This document shows positions 47,666 to 58,675 of a DNA stretch of 64,000 nt, in pieces. The stretch's first letter is position 1, and each line of letters starts with the position of its first letter. Both the position numbers and the translations under genes were made by a program. The stretch spans positions 2,739 to 66,738 of the forward strand of contig JBKBJT010000015.1 in the NCBI GenBank assembly GCA_046294345.1, written 5' to 3'. The notes under the pieces are model-generated. The model had not been told where the DNA came from. It saw nothing but the letters and a program-made list of their open reading frames with translations, and ran no database searches. The stretch is from Ferrovibrio sp. GTDB lineage: Bacteria > Pseudomonadota > Alphaproteobacteria > Ferrovibrionales > Ferrovibrionaceae.

Positions 47666-48256
47666 ATGACCCAACTCCCCACAGCATCGAGCGATCACGG
47701 CAGCGGCAATATCCCGCCGAATAGCATAGCGGCAGCACGCGGCCATGCCGCCGCGCAATCGGGTGACACCTCCGGCAGCAACGAATACCTCACCTTCTCG
47801 ATCGACAGCCAGGATTACGGCATCGACATCTTGAGCGTGCGCGAAATCCGGGCCTGGACCGAGGTGACGAACCTGCCCAACACGCCGGACTTCGTGCGCG
47901 GCATCATCAACCTGCGTGGCACCATCGTACCGATCTACGACCTGCGCGTCCGCTTCGGCGGCGGCCGCACCACCCCGACCAGCATGCATGTCGTGATCGT
48001 CGTGGTGGCAGCCAACGGTACCTTCGGGCTGCTGGTCGATTCCGTGTCCGACATCCTGTCGATCGCCGAACGCGACCTGCAGGGTGTGCCGGAAACCGGG
48101 ATGGAGGCCGACTATCGTTTCCTTAATGCCATCGTCGCGCGCGGCGACCGCATGGTGTCTATCATCGACCTCGATCACCTGGTCAACCAGGACACGGCGG
48201 CGCAGATGGAACAGATCGCCGCGCAACAAGGGTCCGGTGCGGCCGCCCAGGCGTGA
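47666..48256 (+). CDS. cheW: chemotaxis coupling protein CheW
   Basis: EYLTF..YGIDILSVREI..TNLPNTPDFVRGIINLRGTIVPIYDLR..GLLVDSVSDI. Confidence 0.93.
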   Translation: MTQLPTASSDHGSGNIPPNSIAAARGHAAAQSGDTSGSNEYLTFSIDSQDYGIDILSVREIRAWTEVTNLPNTPDFVRGIINLRGTIVPIYDLRVRFGGGRTTPTSMHVVIVVVAANGTFGLLVDSVSDILSIAERDLQGVPETGMEADYRFLNAIVARGDRMVSIIDLDHLVNQDTAAQMEQIAAQQGSGAAAQA

Positions 48257-48456
48257 TGTCTTCCGATGATCAGACAGGGCCGTGTTTTGCGGGGCACATG
48301 ATTGCGACTCGCAGCTATCTGCCCCTACGCACCCGATTTCCGCGGCGTAAGGATTAAATCTTGATAACCTATGCACTTTAGCCGAGTGCATTGCACAAAA
48401 GTCCGGCTAATTTAATTCCGCTGACAACCCCAACACGGGGACAAAGGGGAATACCC

Positions 48457-50976
48457 ATGCCGACTTTTTCCATCCGCACCACACTGGGGCTCGTTATCGG
48501 CGTCCTGGGCATCATGCTGGTCGCAATCAGTGCCATCTCGCTGAACGAGGCCATTCAGCGTTACAGCGCCGCTCAGAAGGTGGCGACGCTGGCCCCGATC
48601 AGCCAGGCCTTCTTCCGCAGCCTGCAGCAGCATCGGCTGGAGCGCGGCAACATCATGATCGCGTTCCGCGCCGACGCCCCAGCCAGCAAGGACAGCATCG
48701 ACAACATCACCGCCCAGCGGGACAATACGAAAGACGGCTACAATACCGGCTATGCGCTTCTGTCGGCGCTCCGCGACCTGCCGGGCGCGGCCCCGATTCA
48801 GACCAAGCTGAAATCCGCGCATGATGCCGTGGAAGCAATGCGTCCCAAGATGATGACGCTGATTGCCCAACCCAAGGACCAGCGTGACGCGCAGGCCATG
48901 CAGGACTGGCCACGCGTAACCCAGGGCTATCTGAACGCCCTGCAGGAGGCTTCGGATTTCCTGGAATCCTCGCTCCAGCTTGTCGATCCCGTCGTCGACC
49001 AGATGCTGAACGTCAAACAGAACGCCTGGACGATTCGCAACTATTCGGGCTCCATGGTTCTGCGCATCCTCACCACCATGTCGGCCAACCAGAACTGGGG
49101 TATTCCCGAGGTGATGGCTCATGCCGATGATGCCGGCCGCTCGGCTACGGCGTGGGACATCGTTACCGTCATTGCTGCGCGCGATGATGCGCCCGCTTCC
49201 GTGCGCGAGGTCGTGAACAATGCCAAGGCCTTCTTTTCCGGTCCTATCGGCGAGGAGCGTCAGACCATTGTAAAGGCACTGAGCAGCGGCCAGCCTTCGC
49301 CGGTTCCGATCTCGAAATACCAGCCGGGTGTGGTCGATAGCCTCAATCTGCTGAATGCAATCGCCAATACGGCACTGGATGAACTGATCAAACGTGCCGA
49401 TGCGCAGATGACCCAGACGCAGCAAAGCCTGGGCCTGAATGGCGCCCTGCTGGTCGCTGCCATAGCCTTCACCGTCTTCGGCTTCCTGATCGTGCAATGG
49501 CGCGTCAGCGGTCCGATCCAGCGGATGACCGGCGCCATGCAGCGTCTGGCCGACCGCGACCTCGCGGTGGAAATCCCCTTCGTCGATCGCGGCGCCGAAA
49601 TCGGCCAGATGGCCAAGGCCGTGCAGGTGTTCAAGGACAACATGGTTGCCCGCGAAAAGGCCGAAGCCGATATCGCCCGCCAGCGCGAAGAAAGCGAGCA
49701 GCGGCGCATCGAACGCGAGGCGCGCGAGAAGGCGGCCGGCGATGAGATCGCTGCCCTGGTCAACAAGGTGGCGCAGGGCGACCTGTCGGGCCGCATTAAT
49801 GAAGGCGGTAAGGAAGGCTTCTTCCTCACCACCAGCCAGGAACTGAACCGCCTGGCCGCGACCTTGCAGACCATGGCCGGCGAGATGGCCGACACCATGG
49901 GCGCCATGGCCGGCGGCGACCTGACCAAGTCGGTGCGCGGCGATTACCGCGGCGTGTTCGGTCAGTTGAAAGACAGCGCCAACAGCATGGCCGACCGCAT
50001 GCGCGATTTCGCCGGCCGCCTGACCAGCACGGCGCAGTCGGTGAAGACCGCGTCGGATGAGATTTCCTCTGGCTCGCAGGACCTGGCGCAGCGTACGGAA
50101 AGCCAGGCAGCCAGCATCGAGGAAACGGCCGCCTCGATGCACGAGATCACCACGACGGTGAAGCAGAATGCCGACAACGCCCAGGCCGCCAACCAGCTGG
50201 CGACAGCGGCCCGCGACACCGCGGAAAAGGGCGGCAGCGTAGTGGGCGATGCCGTTTCGGCGGTGAGCCGGATCGAGGAAAGCGCGCAGAAGATCTCCGA
50301 CATCGTCGGGCTGATCGACGAGATCGCCTTCCAGACCAACCTGCTGGCGCTGAATGCCTCGGTGGAAGCAGCGCGCGCCGGCGAGGCCGGCAAGGGCTTT
50401 GCCGTGGTGGCGCAGGAAGTGCGTGCGCTGGCCCAGCGTTCGGCCAATGCATCGAAGGACATCAAAGCCCTGATCCAGGAATCGAACGCCCAGGTGAAGA
50501 CCGGGGCCGACCTGGTCGGCCGCACCGGCCAGTCGCTGACCGAGATCGTGGCCTCGATCAAGAAGGTGTCCGACATCGTGGCCGAGATCGCGGCCGCCAG
50601 CCGCGAGCAGGCCACCGGCCTGGAGCAGATCAACACCGCCGTGGGCCAGATGGACGAGATGACCCAGCGTAACGCCGCCCTGGTGGAGGAAACCACGGCC
50701 GCCGCCCAGAGCCTGGCCGGCCAGGCCAGCGAGTTGGCCGACCTGGTCGGCTTCTTCAAGCTGGACGGACGCGCCCCGGCAGCGACACCGAAACTGGTTG
50801 CCGTGCCGCCTAGCCCGGCCCCGGCAGCAAAGCCGGCCGTGGCCGCCAAGCCGGCCCCGGCAAAGCCAACTTCAGCCAAGCCCGCTGCGGCGGCGACTCC
50901 TGCGCCGGCGCCGAAACCAGCTGCGGCCGCGCCCAGGCCGGCTGCGGCGGATGAGGACGACTGGCAGGAATTCTGA
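48457..50976 (+). CDS. methyl-accepting chemotaxis protein with C-terminal pentapeptide
   Basis: TM-periplasmic-TM-HAMP; [34 protein letters not shown]; Pro/Ala linker ending DWQEF. Confidence 0.95.
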   Translation: MPTFSIRTTLGLVIGVLGIMLVAISAISLNEAIQRYSAAQKVATLAPISQAFFRSLQQHRLERGNIMIAFRADAPASKDSIDNITAQRDNTKDGYNTGYALLSALRDLPGAAPIQTKLKSAHDAVEAMRPKMMTLIAQPKDQRDAQAMQDWPRVTQGYLNALQEASDFLESSLQLVDPVVDQMLNVKQNAWTIRNYSGSMVLRILTTMSANQNWGIPEVMAHADDAGRSATAWDIVTVIAARDDAPASVREVVNNAKAFFSGPIGEERQTIVKALSSGQPSPVPISKYQPGVVDSLNLLNAIANTALDELIKRADAQMTQTQQSLGLNGALLVAAIAFTVFGFLIVQWRVSGPIQRMTGAMQRLADRDLAVEIPFVDRGAEIGQMAKAVQVFKDNMVAREKAEADIARQREESEQRRIEREAREKAAGDEIAALVNKVAQGDLSGRINEGGKEGFFLTTSQELNRLAATLQTMAGEMADTMGAMAGGDLTKSVRGDYRGVFGQLKDSANSMADRMRDFAGRLTSTAQSVKTASDEISSGSQDLAQRTESQAASIEETAASMHEITTTVKQNADNAQAANQLATAARDTAEKGGSVVGDAVSAVSRIEESAQKISDIVGLIDEIAFQTNLLALNASVEAARAGEAGKGFAVVAQEVRALAQRSANASKDIKALIQESNAQVKTGADLVGRTGQSLTEIVASIKKVSDIVAEIAAASREQATGLEQINTAVGQMDEMTQRNAALVEETTAAAQSLAGQASELADLVGFFKLDGRAPAATPKLVAVPPSPAPAAKPAVAAKPAPAKPTSAKPAAAATPAPAPKPAAAAPRPAAADEDDWQEF

Positions 50977-50994
50977 CCGTCTTTCAAGGGGTTT

Positions 50995-51014
50995 CCCATG
51001 CCTTCGGGCATGGG
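50995..51014 (+). terminator. stable C(UUCG)G tetraloop hairpin after the MCP gene
   Basis: CCCATGCC-TTCG-GGCATGGG followed by TT; TTGACG (possible -35 of tkt) directly after. Confidence 0.55.
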
Positions 51015-51081
51015 TTGACGGGGGCCGCTGGGACCGGCATGGTCCGCCCGCTTTCGACTCCAGAAGCGGGATTCCACCGAT

Positions 51082-53094
51082 ATGCTGCAGGCCGCCACAG
51101 CCTTCCCCCGTCACGCCGCCCCGGTCAGTCATGCCGACATGGCGAATGCCATCCGGGCGCTTGCCATGGATGCCGTGCAAAAGGCCAATTCGGGCCATCC
51201 CGGCATGCCGATGGGCATGGCCGACGTGGCTACGGTGTTGTTCAGCCGCTTCCTGAAATTCGACCCACAGAACGCGACCTGGCCTGACCGCGACCGCTTC
51301 GTGCTGTCGGCCGGCCACGGTTCGATGCTGCTCTATGCCCTGCTCCACCTGACCGGCTATCCGGACATGACGCTGGAGGAGCTGAAGAACTTCCGCCAAA
51401 TCGGCTCGCGCACGGCTGGCCACCCGGAATTCGGCCATGCCGGCGGGATCGAGACCACCACCGGCCCTCTGGGTCAGGGCATCGCCACCGCCGTGGGCAT
51501 GGCGCTGGCCGAGCGTCTGCTGGCCGCCCAGTTCGGCAAGGACGTGGTGGACCACTACACCTATGTGATCGCCGGCGACGGCTGCCTGATGGAAGGCATC
51601 AGCCACGAAGCCATCTCGATGGCTGGCCATATGAAGCTGAACAAGCTGATCGTCCTGTGGGACGACAATGAGATTTCCATCGACGGTCCGACCAGCCTGT
51701 CGGTGTCCGACGACCAGATCACCCGTTTCCAGGCCAGCGGCTGGGCCACCATCCGCGTCGACGGCCATGACCCGGAAGCCGTCGCCGCCGCCATCGCCGC
51801 CGCGCAGAAGAGCGACAGGCCCAGCCTGATCGCCTGCCGCACCGTGATCGGCTATGGCGCGCCGACCAAAGCCGGCACGGCTGCCACCCATGGCTCGCCG
51901 CTGGGCCCCGACGAGATCAAGGGCGCGCGCGAAAAGCTGGGCTGGCCGCATGCCCCCTTCGAGATTCCAGACACCATCCTGAAGGCCTGGCGCGCTGTCG
52001 GCAGCGCCAATGCCGCCAAGAAACAGGCCTGGGACAAGGCGCTGGCCGCCCTGCCCGCGCCGCAGCGCGCCGAATGGGAGCGCCGCGTCAAGGGCGACCT
52101 GCCGGCCGATTTCGCCAGGGTAATGGACGAGTACAAGGCCAAACTGGCCGCCGACAAGCCGAAATGGGCGACCCGCAAGTCGTCGCAGATGGCGCTGGAA
52201 GTCATCAATCCGGCCGTGCCCGAGACAATCGGCGGCTCGGCCGACCTGACCGGATCGAACAACACCAAGACCGCCGGCCTCAATCCGGTCAAGCCCGGCG
52301 ACTTCAGCGGCCGCTATGTCTATTACGGTGTGCGCGAGCATGGCATGGCGGCGACGATGAACGGCATCGCCCTGCATGGCGGGCTGATCCCCTATGGCGG
52401 CACCTTCCTGGTCTTCACCGATTACTGCCGCCCCTCGATCCGCCTCTCGGCCCTGATGGAGCAGCGTGTCATCTATGTGATGACCCATGATTCCATCGGC
52501 CTGGGCGAAGACGGTCCGACGCACCAGCCGGTCGAGCATCTGGCCGCCCTGCGCGCCATCCCGAACCTGCTCGTTTTGCGCCCGGCCGACGCGGTGGAAA
52601 CCGCCGAAGCCTGGCAGGTGGCGCTGGAACAGAAGCATCGCCCCAGCGTACTGGCCCTCACCCGCCAGGATCTGCCGGCTGTGCGCACCAGCCACAGCAA
52701 GGAAAACCTGGTGGCCAGGGGCGGTTATGAACTGGTCGCCGCCGACGGCGCCGCCAAGGTGACCCTGCTGGCCACCGGTTCGGAAATCGCCATCGCGATG
52801 ACCGCCCGCGACCTGCTGCAGAAGGATGGCATCCCGACCCGCGTCGTCTCGATGCCGAGCTTCGAATTGTTTGACACCCAGGATGCCGCCTACCAGGAAA
52901 AGACCCTGGGCCCGGGCACCGTGCGCGTGGCGATCGAGGCCGGCGTGCGCCAGGGCTGGGACCGTTACCTCGGCATCAAGGGCGGCTTCGTCGGCATGAG
53001 CGGCTTCGGGGCCTCGGGCCCCTACGAGCAGTTGTACAAGCATTTCGGCATCACGCCGGAAGCCGTGGCCCAGGCGGCCAAGCAGAGGCTGTAA
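51082..53094 (+). CDS. tkt: transketolase
   Basis: [65 protein letters not shown]. Confidence 0.97.
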   Translation: MLQAATAFPRHAAPVSHADMANAIRALAMDAVQKANSGHPGMPMGMADVATVLFSRFLKFDPQNATWPDRDRFVLSAGHGSMLLYALLHLTGYPDMTLEELKNFRQIGSRTAGHPEFGHAGGIETTTGPLGQGIATAVGMALAERLLAAQFGKDVVDHYTYVIAGDGCLMEGISHEAISMAGHMKLNKLIVLWDDNEISIDGPTSLSVSDDQITRFQASGWATIRVDGHDPEAVAAAIAAAQKSDRPSLIACRTVIGYGAPTKAGTAATHGSPLGPDEIKGAREKLGWPHAPFEIPDTILKAWRAVGSANAAKKQAWDKALAALPAPQRAEWERRVKGDLPADFARVMDEYKAKLAADKPKWATRKSSQMALEVINPAVPETIGGSADLTGSNNTKTAGLNPVKPGDFSGRYVYYGVREHGMAATMNGIALHGGLIPYGGTFLVFTDYCRPSIRLSALMEQRVIYVMTHDSIGLGEDGPTHQPVEHLAALRAIPNLLVLRPADAVETAEAWQVALEQKHRPSVLALTRQDLPAVRTSHSKENLVARGGYELVAADGAAKVTLLATGSEIAIAMTARDLLQKDGIPTRVVSMPSFELFDTQDAAYQEKTLGPGTVRVAIEAGVRQGWDRYLGIKGGFVGMSGFGASGPYEQLYKHFGITPEAVAQAAKQRL

Positions 53095-53272
53095 GGCGCA
53101 CAGGCGGGTAACTGCCTGCCGCGCAAGCTTTTATCCGTGCAGGCCTGCCCGTCGCAGGCTGGGCGAAAGCTGTCAGGCCCGGAGCCATGCTGGCCCCGCC
53201 TTACGTCGCATGCTATAGCAGCCGGCATTAACTCTTTGCCGAGATTGACTCTTTGATCGGGACGGATTCCCT

Positions 53273-55039
53273 GTGACTTCCCCCACGCCCCCCGGCACAC
53301 CGGTCAGCAGCATGGCGCTGATCCGCCGCCTGCTGGCCGAACAGGTTCGCCCCCATATCGGTTCGCTGTTCCTGGCAGTGATCAGCATGGGTGTCGTGGC
53401 GGCGATGACGGCCGCCACCGCCTGGCTGCTCAAGCCGGCCATCGACCAGGTTTTCACCGAACGTGATCCCTACTGGACCATGATGGTGCCGCTGATGGTG
53501 GTAGCCGTAGTGGTGATCAAGGCCATCGCCGCCTATTTCGAGGGCACGCTGATGACCCAGTTCGGCGAGCGGATCATCGCCGACACCCAGGTCCGCATGT
53601 ATGCCCACATGATCCGCGCCGACCTTGCCTGGCTGCATGAAATGCATTCCGGCAAACTGATCGCCAGCTTCCTGTATGACGCCAGCCTGCTGCGCGAGGC
53701 AGTATCGAAAGCTCTCACCGGCATCGTCAAGGACAGCCTGAGCCTGATTTTCCTCACCGGCGTGATGTTTGCCATGAACTGGCAATTCGCCCTGATCGTC
53801 TGTGTGATCTTCCCGATCGTGGGCCTGACCACCCGGCGGCTGGGCAAGAAGGCGCGCAAGGGTTCGGCGCGTTCGCAGCAGGAAACCGGCAAGCTGACCA
53901 CCATCCTGAGCGAGACCTTCGATGGCGCGCGCATGGTCAAGGCCTATGGCATGGAGCAGCGCGAGATCGACCGCGCGCGTCAGTCGGTGGAAACGCGCCT
54001 GGGCCACATCATGAAGGTCGTGCGCGCCCGCGCCGCAGCCAGCCCCTCCACCGAGGCCTTGGGCGGCATCGCGGTCGCCGTGATCATCTATATCGGCGGC
54101 ACCACAGAAACCCTGACGCTCGGCACGCTGACCGCCTTTATCTATGCCGCGCTTTCGGCCTACCAGCCACTCAAGGCACTCGCCAACCTGAATACCGCCC
54201 TGCAGGAAGGCTTGGCTGCCGCCGAGCGCATTTTCAGCCTGCTCGACATCAAACCGAAAATCACCGAAGCGGTGGATGCGAAACCGCTGGTCGTCTCGGG
54301 CGGCGAAATCCGCCTGGAACAGGTGAGTTTCCGGTACAGCGAAGACAAGACCGCGCTGCAGGACATTTCCCTCGTGGTGCCACGCGGCAAAAAGGCCGCT
54401 CTGGTTGGCGCCTCGGGCGCCGGCAAATCCACCCTGCTCAATCTTGTGCCGCGCTTCTACGATGCCTCGCAAGGGCGTGTGCTGATCGACGGGCAGGATG
54501 TGCGCTCAGTGACGCTTGGCTCGCTGCGCCGCAATGTGGCGCTGGTCAGCCAGGAACTGACGTTGTTCGACGACACCATCCGCGCCAACATCGCATATGG
54601 CCGTCCGGAAGCCGGCCAGGACGAGATCGAGGCCGCCGCCCGGCATGCCGCCGCGCATGATTTCATCATGGCTCTGCCGGAAGGTTACGACACGCTGGTG
54701 GGCGAGAACGGCGTGCGGCTTTCCGGCGGCCAGCGCCAGCGCATCGCCATTGCGCGGGCCATGCTGCGCGATGCCCCGATCCTGCTGCTGGACGAGGCAA
54801 CCAGCGCGCTGGATACCGAGTCCGAGCGCCTGATCCAGACGGCGCTGGGCGAACTGATGCGCGGCCGCACCACGCTGGTGATCGCCCACCGCCTGTCGAC
54901 CGTGATCGATGCCGACGTGATCTTTGTGCTGGATTACGGCCGTCTGGTCGAACAGGGCAGCCATGCCGAATTGCTGGCCCGCAACGGCGCCTATGCCCGG
55001 CTGTATGCCACCCAGTTCGCCGTCGAGGCCACGGCTTAA
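53273..55039 (+). CDS. msbA: lipid A export ABC transporter permease/ATPase (MsbA-like)
   Basis: TM domain plus GASGAGKST, LSGGQRQRIAIARA, LLDEATSALD, IAHRLST; sits upstream of lpxK. Confidence 0.82.
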   Translation: MTSPTPPGTPVSSMALIRRLLAEQVRPHIGSLFLAVISMGVVAAMTAATAWLLKPAIDQVFTERDPYWTMMVPLMVVAVVVIKAIAAYFEGTLMTQFGERIIADTQVRMYAHMIRADLAWLHEMHSGKLIASFLYDASLLREAVSKALTGIVKDSLSLIFLTGVMFAMNWQFALIVCVIFPIVGLTTRRLGKKARKGSARSQQETGKLTTILSETFDGARMVKAYGMEQREIDRARQSVETRLGHIMKVVRARAAASPSTEALGGIAVAVIIYIGGTTETLTLGTLTAFIYAALSAYQPLKALANLNTALQEGLAAAERIFSLLDIKPKITEAVDAKPLVVSGGEIRLEQVSFRYSEDKTALQDISLVVPRGKKAALVGASGAGKSTLLNLVPRFYDASQGRVLIDGQDVRSVTLGSLRRNVALVSQELTLFDDTIRANIAYGRPEAGQDEIEAAARHAAAHDFIMALPEGYDTLVGENGVRLSGGQRQRIAIARAMLRDAPILLLDEATSALDTESERLIQTALGELMRGRTTLVIAHRLSTVIDADVIFVLDYGRLVEQGSHAELLARNGAYARLYATQFAVEATA

Positions 55040-55043
55040 ATCC

Positions 55044-55778
55044 ATGGCCGGGCTGCTCAAGCGCATCCTGCGAAGCGCTCCCGTAGTTCGGCTGACGGCC
55101 GATGCCATTGCATTGTATGTGCGCTTCGTGCATGCCACCTCGCGCTGGGAAATCCGCGGCATCGAATATCCGCAACCTTTCTGGCGCGATGGCAAACCCT
55201 TCATAGGTGCCTTCTGGCATGGTCGCCTGTTGATGATGCCGCTGGCCTGGACGACCACGCATCCGATGCATGTACTTATTTCGCAGCATCGCGACGGCGA
55301 GTTGATCGCCCGCGCCATGGACCCGTTCGGCATTGGCACCGTGCGCGGATCCTCGGCCAAGCAGGGCAAGGCCGACAAGGGCGGCACTGCCGCCCTGCGC
55401 AGCATACTGCAGGTTCTGAAACGCGGCGAATACGTGACCGTCACGCCGGATGGGCCGCGCGGGCCGCGTATGCGAGCCAGCACGGGAATCGTCGCCGCCG
55501 CCCGCCTCGCCCGCGTACCGATCATACCCGCCACTTATGGCGTCGCGCGACGCAGGCTGGCCGCTTCATGGGATCGTTTCCTGATTCCATGGCCTTTCAA
55601 CCGCGGCATTTATATCTGGGGCGAACCGATCGACGTCCATAGCGACGAAACCGAAAGCCTTGAGCAGGCGGCACTGCGCGTGGAACGCGCGCTCAATGCA
55701 CTATGCGAGGCGGCCGACCGCCATTGCGGCCAGCCACCAGTCGAGCCTATGCCGGCACGGGATGGGCATGATGCCTAG
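55044..55778 (+). CDS. DUF374 lysophospholipid acyltransferase family (LpxJ-like)
   Basis: AFWHGRL, LISQHRDGE, VRGSS, TPDGPRGP, SWDRFLIPWPF. Confidence 0.87.
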   Translation: MAGLLKRILRSAPVVRLTADAIALYVRFVHATSRWEIRGIEYPQPFWRDGKPFIGAFWHGRLLMMPLAWTTTHPMHVLISQHRDGELIARAMDPFGIGTVRGSSAKQGKADKGGTAALRSILQVLKRGEYVTVTPDGPRGPRMRASTGIVAAARLARVPIIPATYGVARRRLAASWDRFLIPWPFNRGIYIWGEPIDVHSDETESLEQAALRVERALNALCEAADRHCGQPPVEPMPARDGHDA

Positions 55779-56754
55779 CCGGACGCCTGATTTCTGGCGC
55801 AGCGACACCGGCTCTCCCTGGCCGGCGATATTGCAGCCGCTGGCCAAAATTTATGAATTTGGTAACCGGCTCAACCGCCAAACCACTACACCGCAGGAGG
55901 TGGGCCGCCCGGTAATCTCGGTCGGCAACCTGGTCGCCGGCGGCGCGGGCAAGACGCCAACCGCCATCGCACTGACCGAAATCCTGCATCGCCTGGGCCT
56001 GCATCCGCAGATCGTCAGCCGCGGCTATGGCGGCCGGCTGGCAGGCCCCGTGCGCGTCGATCCGGTGCGGCATACCGCTGCCGATGTGGGCGACGAGGCC
56101 CTGCTGCTGAATGCTGCCGCACCCACCTGGATCGGCCGCGACCGCCCCGCCGCCGCCCGGGCCGCCGTCGCCGCCGGCGCCGGCTGCATCATCGCCGACG
56201 ACGCGCACCAGACATACGCACTGGCCCGCCAGCTCAGCCTGCTGGTGGTGGATGGCGGTTATGGTTTCGGCAATGGCCGTCTGCTGCCCGCCGGGCCCCT
56301 GCGCGAACCCATCGCGGAAGGCCTGGAACGTTGCGACGCGGTGATCCTGATCGGCAAACCCGTTGTGCCGCTGCCGTCTTTCGGCATGCGTCCGGTTTTT
56401 CGTGCCGAACTCGAACCCAATGCCGCCGATGTCGTGCGGCTGCGCGGCCGGCGCGCGCTGGCCTTCGCCGGCATCGGTCGGCCGGAAAAATTCTATGCCT
56501 CGCTGCGCCAGGCCGGCGTCGAGATAGCCGCCACCAAATCCTTCCCCGATCATGCACCCTATAGCGAAGATGCCGTGATGCGTCTGGTGGAACAGGCCCA
56601 CGCCCTGCACGCCATTCCCGTGACCACTGCGAAGGACCAGATGCGGCTGCCGAGGGCAGCGCGGTCGATGGTCGATGTACTGCGCGTCAGCCTTGCCTTC
56701 GCCGACCCCACCGCCGTCGAACAATTCCTGAAAGGCAAGCTTGTTCGTGTTTAA
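55768..56754 (+). CDS. lpxK: tetraacyldisaccharide 4'-kinase
   Basis: ISVGNLVAGGAGKTP, SRGYGG, VGDE, DD.HQ, LPAGPLRE, FAGIGRP, FPDH, TTAKD. Confidence 0.93.
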   Translation: MMPSRTPDFWRSDTGSPWPAILQPLAKIYEFGNRLNRQTTTPQEVGRPVISVGNLVAGGAGKTPTAIALTEILHRLGLHPQIVSRGYGGRLAGPVRVDPVRHTAADVGDEALLLNAAAPTWIGRDRPAAARAAVAAGAGCIIADDAHQTYALARQLSLLVVDGGYGFGNGRLLPAGPLREPIAEGLERCDAVILIGKPVVPLPSFGMRPVFRAELEPNAADVVRLRGRRALAFAGIGRPEKFYASLRQAGVEIAATKSFPDHAPYSEDAVMRLVEQAHALHAIPVTTAKDQMRLPRAARSMVDVLRVSLAFADPTAVEQFLKGKLVRV

Positions 56755-57634
56755 ACGCGCCGAACCACATGAATACGTCGCCGCCTGGGGGGCCCGACTG
56801 GCGCTAGCCCTGTTCCGTGCCCTGCCGATTGATCGCGCCTCCGCCTTTGGCGGCTGGCTCGGACAGACCCTGGGACCCCGCCTGCCGGTTCACAGAACCG
56901 CTGTTGCCAACCTGCAGCTTGCGCTGCCTGAACTGGCCGCACGGCATGAGGCAATCCTGCAGGGCATGTGGAACAACCTCGGTCGCGTGCTGGCCGAATA
57001 TGCCCATCTTGGCGACATCCGCATCGGACCCCGCGAAACCGGGGGACGCATCGAGGTTGTCGGCGCCGAGCATCTTCTGGCGATCCGCGACAGCAAGAAG
57101 CCCGCGATTTTCTTCTCGGCCCACTTCGGCAACTGGGAAGTGATGAGCATTGTCGGCATGCACTATGGCATCCCCCTGGTGCAGGTTTATCGTGCCGCCA
57201 ACAATCCGCTGACCGAGGAGCTGCTTCAGGAACTGCGGAAGCCGGTCGGCGGTCGCCATGTGCCAAAGGGAATGCAGGCGGCACGCGAGTTACTCAGGGC
57301 GCTGAAGAATAACGAGTGCCTCGCCATAATGGTCGATCAGAAACTGAACACAGGCCTTGCCGTGCCGTTCTTCGGCCGCGAGGCGATGACCGCCCCCGCC
57401 ATAGCCGAACTGGCCCTGCGCGCCGGTTGCCCCGTCGTACCGATCTATGGCGAGCGGGTGGATGGCGACGCCTACTTTCGCGTCACCATCGAAGCGCCGA
57501 TACAGCTGGAAAGCACCGGCAACCGCGAGCGCGACACCTATAACGGCTTGCTGCTGATCAACCGGAAAATCGAGGAGCGTATCCGCAGGGACCCGGAGCA
57601 GTGGTTCTGGGTGCACAAGCGCTGGAAGCGCTGA
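56741..57634 (+). CDS. lipid A late acyltransferase (HtrB/LpxL family)
   Basis: SAHFGNWE, MVDQK, VPFFG, PEQWFWVHKRWK; TTG start overlapping lpxK. Confidence 0.88.
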   Translation: MFVFKRAEPHEYVAAWGARLALALFRALPIDRASAFGGWLGQTLGPRLPVHRTAVANLQLALPELAARHEAILQGMWNNLGRVLAEYAHLGDIRIGPRETGGRIEVVGAEHLLAIRDSKKPAIFFSAHFGNWEVMSIVGMHYGIPLVQVYRAANNPLTEELLQELRKPVGGRHVPKGMQAARELLRALKNNECLAIMVDQKLNTGLAVPFFGREAMTAPAIAELALRAGCPVVPIYGERVDGDAYFRVTIEAPIQLESTGNRERDTYNGLLLINRKIEERIRRDPEQWFWVHKRWKR

Positions 57635-57635
57635 A

Positions 57636-58457
57636 TCAGGGTTGCGGCGGCAGCAGCCGCTGCGGATCGAGCCGCACGTCGAACCAGTTCACCCGCCAGT
57701 CCAGATGCGCGCCGGTGGCCCGTCCGGTGGCGCCGACGGTACCGATCTTCTCGCCCTGCCGCACACGCCGGCCCACCTTCACCGTCACGCTCTGCAGGTG
57801 CGAATAGGCGGCATTGATACCCATGCCATGATCGATGATGACCGTGCCGCCGGTGTAATAGAAATCCTTCTCGGCCAGCACGACTTCGCCATCGGTGCTG
57901 GCCAGCACCGGCGTGCCGGTGGGTGCGGCAATGTCGATACCGAAATGCGGCTGGCGCGGCTCGCCGTTCAGGATGCGCTGGCTGCCATAGACGCCGCTGA
58001 CGATCCCTTTCACCGGCCAGATCCAGCCCTGCAAGAAATCCTGCCGCGGCGTGTTGCGCTGACGCACTTCGGCGATTTTTGCGTTCTCGCGCCGGATGCG
58101 GTCCAGCACGGCGGGCGGCGGCGTCACCTGGGCTGGCGGCAGGCCGTCGATACGCTGGATATCATAGGTTCGCGCCGCCACTTGCAAAGCCATCTGTTCG
58201 GCCTTGCCGGCACGCGTCACCGTCAGGGGCACCGAGGCCGGTTCGTCGCGACCGAAGCCGAACACGAACCGCCCGTCGCCGGCCACCGGCACGATCCGTT
58301 CGCCCAGTTTGATCTGAAGGCCCGGTTCGGCCTGGCCGATCACCAATCCACCCTGGCTGAAATCGCCCTGCCAGGTCAGGCCCGGCGGCGGCTCGTTGGC
58401 TTTGGCCTGTCCCAGGACGAGGCCGGCCAGCAGGCAAGCAGCCAGCCAGCGTTTCAT
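57636..58457 (-). CDS. M23 family metallopeptidase
   Basis: Signal peptide; [24 protein letters not shown]. Confidence 0.9.
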   Translation of the reverse strand: MKRWLAACLLAGLVLGQAKANEPPPGLTWQGDFSQGGLVIGQAEPGLQIKLGERIVPVAGDGRFVFGFGRDEPASVPLTVTRAGKAEQMALQVAARTYDIQRIDGLPPAQVTPPPAVLDRIRRENAKIAEVRQRNTPRQDFLQGWIWPVKGIVSGVYGSQRILNGEPRQPHFGIDIAAPTGTPVLASTDGEVVLAEKDFYYTGGTVIIDHGMGINAAYSHLQSVTVKVGRRVRQGEKIGTVGATGRATGAHLDWRVNWFDVRLDPQRLLPPQP

Positions 58458-58675
58458 CCGCGCCGCACCGGATCGCGCAGCAGCCCCTGTAGGGCGACGA
58501 CCGCATCGGCATAGGCTTCCTGGCGATCAACGCTCCAGTAGCGCAGGCTGTTCAGCGGAATCCGCACCTGCGTCACGGCACAGAGCACATAGGAACCGGG
58601 AAACACGATGTCGAAGGCACCATGCCGGTAATACAGCTTGGCTTCGGTCTCGCGCGGCAACGGCGGCGTCTGCAT
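58454..58675 (-). CDS. DUF2093 domain protein
   Basis: [29 protein letters not shown]. Confidence 0.85.
   Translation of the reverse strand: MQTPPLPRETEAKLYYRHGAFDIVFPGSYVLCAVTQVRIPLNSLRYWSVDRQEAYADAVVALQGLLRDPVRRG

Noticed and set aside
48351-48415. Possible CtrA box (TTAA-N-ATAAC) and imperfect inverted repeat upstream of the MCP gene
   Set aside because: Spacing and half-site deviate from TTAA-N7-TTAA; too weak to call.
50790-50950. Low-complexity repeats at the MCP 3' end (also 14160-14540)
   Set aside because: Explained by Pro/Ala-rich linker coding, not a DNA-level repeat element.
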